64,000 nucleotides of DNA, taken from assembly GCA_039028615.1 (NCBI GenBank), contig JBCCHT010000007.1:160001-224000 (forward strand). The letters run 5' to 3'. This document shows positions 60,149 through 64,000 of the stretch, in pieces. A program made the position numbers and the translations under genes. How positions within the stretch are numbered: the first letter of the stretch is position 1; each line of letters opens with the position of its first letter. Under the pieces are notes generated by a model. That model saw only the letters and a list, made by a program, of their open reading frames with translations. It was not told the DNA's origin and did no database searches. Source of the stretch: Myxococcota bacterium. Its GTDB lineage: Bacteria; Myxococcota_A; Polyangia; Nannocystales; Nannocystaceae.

Positions 60149-61141
60149 ATGGACAACACCACGCTTGGAACCCGCGGCCCCGCAGTCTTCCCCATCGGCC
60201 TCGGGTGCATGGGGATGTCGGAATTCTACGGCGAGAGCGACGACGCGCGCTCGATCGGGGTCATCCACCGCATGCTCGAGCGCCTGCCTGGGCGGGCCCT
60301 GCTCGACACCGCAGACATGTACGGCAGCGGCCACAACGAGAGCCTGATCGGCCGGGCGATCGCCGATCGGCGCGACCGGGCGGTCATCGCCACCAAGTTC
60401 GCGATCCTGCGCGGCGAAGGGGGCTCGTTCGCGGGCATCTCCGGTCGGCCCGAGTATGTCGCCCCCGCCTGCGACGCGAGCCTCAAGCGCCTGGGCATCG
60501 AGACCATCGATCTGTACTACCAACATCGCGTCGACCCGCAGGTCCCCATCGAAGACACGGTGGGAGCGATGGCAACGCTGGTCGAGGCGGGCAAGGTGCG
60601 GCACCTGGGCCTGTCCGAGGCCGCCCCCGCCACGGTCCGCCGGGCGCATGCGGTGCATCCCATCGCGGCGGTGCAGACGGAGTACTCGCTGTGGAGTCGT
60701 GACCCCGAGGGCGAGCTGCTCGAGACTTGCAAGGAGTTGGGCATCGCGCTGGTCGGCTACTCGCCGCTGGGCCGCGGCTTCCTCAGCGGCACCATCCGCA
60801 GCGTGGACGATCTGGCGGCCGACGACTTCCGTCGGGGGATGCCGCGCTTTTCCGCGGACAACCTCCCTCGCAACCTGGCGCTGGCCGACGCCGTCCAGCA
60901 GCTCGCCCGAGCCAAGGGGTGCACGCCCGCTCAGCTCGCGCTCGCTTGGTTGCTGGCGCGGGACGAGTCGGTGATCGCCATTCCGGGTACGCGCTCGATC
61001 GCCCGGCTCGAAGAGAACCTCGATGCGGTGAAGGTCGAGCTGAGCACCGAAGACCGGGCGCGAATCGATGGCGCCCTGCCCCACGGCGCAGCGGCGGGCG
61101 ACCGCTACTCCGCCGCCCAGATGGCCGCCGTCAACGGATAG
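60149..61141 (+). CDS. Aldo/keto reductase
   Basis: [43 protein letters not shown]. Confidence 0.95.
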   Translation: MDNTTLGTRGPAVFPIGLGCMGMSEFYGESDDARSIGVIHRMLERLPGRALLDTADMYGSGHNESLIGRAIADRRDRAVIATKFAILRGEGGSFAGISGRPEYVAPACDASLKRLGIETIDLYYQHRVDPQVPIEDTVGAMATLVEAGKVRHLGLSEAAPATVRRAHAVHPIAAVQTEYSLWSRDPEGELLETCKELGIALVGYSPLGRGFLSGTIRSVDDLAADDFRRGMPRFSADNLPRNLALADAVQQLARAKGCTPAQLALAWLLARDESVIAIPGTRSIARLEENLDAVKVELSTEDRARIDGALPHGAAAGDRYSAAQMAAVNG

Positions 61142-61144
61142 CGG

Positions 61145-61759
61145 TCACGCGGGGGCGGCCGCGGGCTTCGGGCGCGACCGCTGGGGGCTCGGGGATCCGG
61201 CCACGGGTTTGTTGAAGGTCGGCGAAGACCCCGGGCTCGCGCCCTGCTCGGGGACCTTCGCGGCCGGCTCGGACTCGGCGACCTCGGCCCGCGGGGTCCC
61301 CATGTGGCAACGACCTTCGAGAATTCCTCCTTCGTCGATCACCACCGCCGTGGCCGTGACGTCCCCGTCGACGCTGCCGCTGGTGCTGATCATCAGCTTG
61401 GTCGCCTCGACGTCGCCACGGATCGAACCCTCCACGACGACCTCGGTGCCCTGTACGGCGCCGACGATCGTGGCGCTGCTCCCGAGGGTCAGCTCGTCGA
61501 CTTCGACGTCGCCTTCGATCGATCCGGCCAGCTCGAGTCCACTGGTGCTCGACAACGAGCCGCGGATCGTCATGTCGTGGCCGATGACGTTGACCGGAGC
61601 GCGCGGGGGTTCGGGTGCGGGTGCGGGTACCGGTGTGGGTTCAGGGGCGCGTGGTCGTTCGGAGGCGGCTTCGAGAGCACGCCTGGGCGCGGGCTCCGCG
61701 GAGACTTCGGGTTCGTCGACCTCGACCTGACGACCCAACAAACGCTGAAAGAAGCCCAC
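61145..61759 (-). CDS. Bactofilin (polymer-forming cytoskeletal protein)
   Basis: VIGHDMTIRGSL...GSIEGDV...VVEGSIRGDV...IDEGGILEGRCHM; amphipathic N-terminus MGFFQRLLG; GAGG RBS. Confidence 0.9.
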   Translation of the reverse strand: MGFFQRLLGRQVEVDEPEVSAEPAPRRALEAASERPRAPEPTPVPAPAPEPPRAPVNVIGHDMTIRGSLSSTSGLELAGSIEGDVEVDELTLGSSATIVGAVQGTEVVVEGSIRGDVEATKLMISTSGSVDGDVTATAVVIDEGGILEGRCHMGTPRAEVAESEPAAKVPEQGASPGSSPTFNKPVAGSPSPQRSRPKPAAAPA

Positions 61760-61870
61760 ACCTCATCTTCCCATGAAGCCCGTGCGCGATTCGTCGAAAC
61801 ACCGGCCAGATCTGGGCCTTGGAATTGGCGTTACAAACGTCGCTCGGAGTCCACAAAATGGTGTGGGGGA

Positions 61871-63400
61871 GTGGTTTCCGATTCTCAGCTCGAGTGTGCC
61901 ATCCATGGCCGCCTCGTCGGCGACGCCACGGGCGATACCGTGCTGTCGATCGGCCCCGCCGGACATGTCGTCGGCAATGTCAGCGCACCGATCCTGATCG
62001 TCGCGGGCACCATCCGCGGCAATGTGCGGGCGCGGTTGTTGCTCGTTCGAGCGACGGGGGTCATCGAGGGCGACGTCGCCTACGAACGGATCAGCGTGGA
62101 CGATGGCGCATCGATCATCGGACGCGTCGGTAGGCCTTCCCTCGATGACTTGCCCGTCGTGCCGCGACCGGCCGAGCTCACGCCGCCCCTTCGGCACACG
62201 CCTGCGCCGACGGCCCGGGCCCGCCCGCAGCCCGTCGACGTCACCCCCCCGACTGGGCCCACGCCGTCGCCAACGCCGGAGCTCCGTCCGCCGCCATCGC
62301 AGCACCCCGCGTCCGAGTCGGCCGAAGTCTTCGTACTCGAGCCCGGTCGCCGCCGCCCCCCGTCGCGCGCCACGGGCCGCCGTTCCGTCCGCATGGGCAA
62401 GCAGTGGTTCGTGGCCGCGGCCGCTTCGATGCTCACCGTCACCCCGTTGCACGCCGATGGCCCCAAGGCCAAGGCCGCCAAGGCGGACGTCGAGGTCGTC
62501 GAGTCCAGCTCCGCCAGCCCTTCCCTGCTGGCCCTGCCGAGCATTCCGTTCCTGCGCCCGCCGACCGACGACTCCGAGGTGGTCGAGGCCAGCCCCGCCA
62601 TGGACGTGGCGTGGACCCTCGACAAGGCCGCCAACCTCCGCATGATGTCGTTCCGCTGGGGGCTGCCCGAGTCCGAGCTCGCCCAGCTCAACCCTCAGCT
62701 CGAGCGTCGCACGATGTACCCGGCGGGCACCGAGGTCTGGGTGTTCCGCAGCGACCCCGAGGCCATCACGCGCTCGCTCGGCTATCCGAACCGGGGCTCG
62801 CTGGTGCATGGCATTCCCATGCCGCAGAGCGAGCACTGGACGATGCGAGGCGGCCGACGACGGGTGTACGGCACCGCCACCACCATCGCGACGCTCTCCA
62901 ACGCGTTCGCGGCGTATGCCGCTCAGTTCCCCGATGCGGACCCGATCCGCCTCGGAGACATCTCCGCCCGACGCGGCAAGCACATCAGCCCCCACCAGTC
63001 ACACCAAAGCGGCCGCGACGTGGATATCGCCTACGTGCGGCTGGCCCCGCCGACCGGCAAGCGGCGCGGCATGTGGCAGACCGCGGTCGAGAACCTCGAT
63101 GCCACCCGCACCTGGTTTTTGGTGCGCACGCTGATCGACTCCGGCGTCGTACAGTCGATCTTCGTCAACCAAGAGGTCCAACGCCCGATCCGCGAGGCCG
63201 CGCTGGCCGATCTGCCGGCCGCGGAAGTCGACGAGTACATGGAGTTCCTCTCCCACGAGGATGGCCACAAGGGCCACATGCACGTCCGTTTCCTCTGCGA
63301 GCACGGCAACCTGCAATGCCGCCCGCACTCCCTCCCCACCCCCACCACGAGCCGCGCCGCCCAGTCTCCCGAAGCGGGCCTGGCCGACGACGGTGACTGA
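61871..63400 (+). CDS. Bactofilin / Pro-rich linker / hydrophobic segment / LysM-like / MepA (M74) murein endopeptidase fusion
   Basis: IGPAGHVVGNV...GTIRGNV...GVIEGDV...VDDGASIIGR; SLGYPNRGSL, GDIS, HQSHQSGRDVD, HKGHMHVR; one uninterrupted frame. Confidence 0.85.
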   Translation: MVSDSQLECAIHGRLVGDATGDTVLSIGPAGHVVGNVSAPILIVAGTIRGNVRARLLLVRATGVIEGDVAYERISVDDGASIIGRVGRPSLDDLPVVPRPAELTPPLRHTPAPTARARPQPVDVTPPTGPTPSPTPELRPPPSQHPASESAEVFVLEPGRRRPPSRATGRRSVRMGKQWFVAAAASMLTVTPLHADGPKAKAAKADVEVVESSSASPSLLALPSIPFLRPPTDDSEVVEASPAMDVAWTLDKAANLRMMSFRWGLPESELAQLNPQLERRTMYPAGTEVWVFRSDPEAITRSLGYPNRGSLVHGIPMPQSEHWTMRGGRRRVYGTATTIATLSNAFAAYAAQFPDADPIRLGDISARRGKHISPHQSHQSGRDVDIAYVRLAPPTGKRRGMWQTAVENLDATRTWFLVRTLIDSGVVQSIFVNQEVQRPIREAALADLPAAEVDEYMEFLSHEDGHKGHMHVRFLCEHGNLQCRPHSLPTPTTSRAAQSPEAGLADDGD

Positions 63401-63430
63401 ACCAACCCCCGTAGCCTTGGAGCGAAAGCC

Positions 63431-63850
63431 ATGCCCGAGTCCAGCAACTTCATCACCGAAGACACGACCGTCAACGGCGACATCACCACCGCGTCCTCCC
63501 TGACCATCGCCGGCACCGTCAACGGCGACATCGAGGCGGAGCAAGACGTCACCATCCTCAGCACGGCCACCGTGACCGGCAACGTGTCGGGCCCCGGGAT
63601 TCAGGTGCAGGGCAAGGTCAAGGGCAAGGTCGCCGCCAGCGGCCGCCTGGTCATCGGAGCGACGGGCGGCGTGTGGGGCGACATCTCCGTGCGGGCGCTC
63701 CTCATCGAAGAAGGCGGCGTCCTCGAGGGTCAGTGCAGCATGCGGAGTGCGGAAGCCGAGGCCCCCGCGCCGAGTCCCGAGGTCCCGCGCCCGAACCTTC
63801 GGCCACCGCTCAAGCCCCCGGGTGGTGGCGACGCGCGGCCTTCGGCGTAG
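63431..63850 (+). CDS. Bactofilin
   Basis: ITEDTTVNGDI...GTVNGDI...QGKVKGKV...IEEGGVLEGQCSM; GGAG RBS. Confidence 0.92.
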   Translation: MPESSNFITEDTTVNGDITTASSLTIAGTVNGDIEAEQDVTILSTATVTGNVSGPGIQVQGKVKGKVAASGRLVIGATGGVWGDISVRALLIEEGGVLEGQCSMRSAEAEAPAPSPEVPRPNLRPPLKPPGGGDARPSA

Positions 63851-63856
63851 ACGGGC

Positions 63857-64000
63857 TCAGGATCGCGAGGCATCGCGCGGCGGCGCGGCACAGGGCTGCC
63901 CCGTCGCCCACGTGTATACGACGCTGGTCACCGCGCCTCCGTGGAAGTCCTCGGGCTCGCGTTCGGCGAGTACGCCTCCGCGGGCTTCGTAGAACGAGCA
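63857..64000 (-). CDS. 3' end of a probable GNAT acetyltransferase (partial)
   Basis: Manual translation CSFYEARGG...VTSVVYTW...stop; FYE..GG resembles a GNAT C-terminal motif. Confidence 0.5.
   Translation of the reverse strand, partial: CSFYEARGGVLAEREPEDFHGGAVTSVVYTWATGQPCAAPPRDASRS

Noticed and set aside
57947..61084. 1045-aa minus-strand ORF
   Set aside because: Antisense shadow of the K+ channel, AraC and aldo-keto reductase genes.
61304..61870. Upstream extension of the bactofilin-MepA ORF
   Set aside because: Mostly antisense to bactofilin 61145..61759; recognisable sequence begins at GTG 61871.
1..64000. tRNA, rRNA, IS elements, integrase, prophage genes
   Set aside because: None recognised by eye; small ncRNAs cannot be excluded without an Infernal/Rfam scan.

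Overview
High-GC bacterial DNA whose gene content (TPR Ser/Thr kinase, ECF sigmas, Cys-rich and Ser/Thr-linker lipoproteins, bactofilins) suggests a myxobacterium, probably Nannocystaceae-like; this placement is an inference. About 52 CDSs are supported. No rRNA, tRNA, CRISPR array or transposase was recognised. Main content: (1) a dispersed putative sulfated-polysaccharide pathway at about 18-56 kb (Wzy-like polymerase, methyltransferase, five glycosyltransferases, Wzx flippase, two sulfotransferases, CysD/CysNC, HAL2-type PAP phosphatase, SLC13 transporter), interleaved with unrelated lipoprotein genes; (2) an ECF sigma / membrane anti-sigma / lipoprotein TPR-CHAT protease / lipoprotein module, with the same bipartite motif CGTCAAAT-N14-GCCAA-N7-GTA upstream of both the sigma gene and the terminal lipoprotein gene; (3) a three-bactofilin locus in which one bactofilin is fused in frame, through a hydrophobic segment, to a LysM-like + MepA (M74) peptidoglycan endopeptidase; (4) other genes, including icmF (partial), ampG-like, mlaF/mlaD, ycaQ-like glycosylase, an OYE/tautomerase/HxlR operon, SNase-like + K+ channel, and AraC + aldo-keto reductase. 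All family calls come from motif recognition by eye, not database searches.
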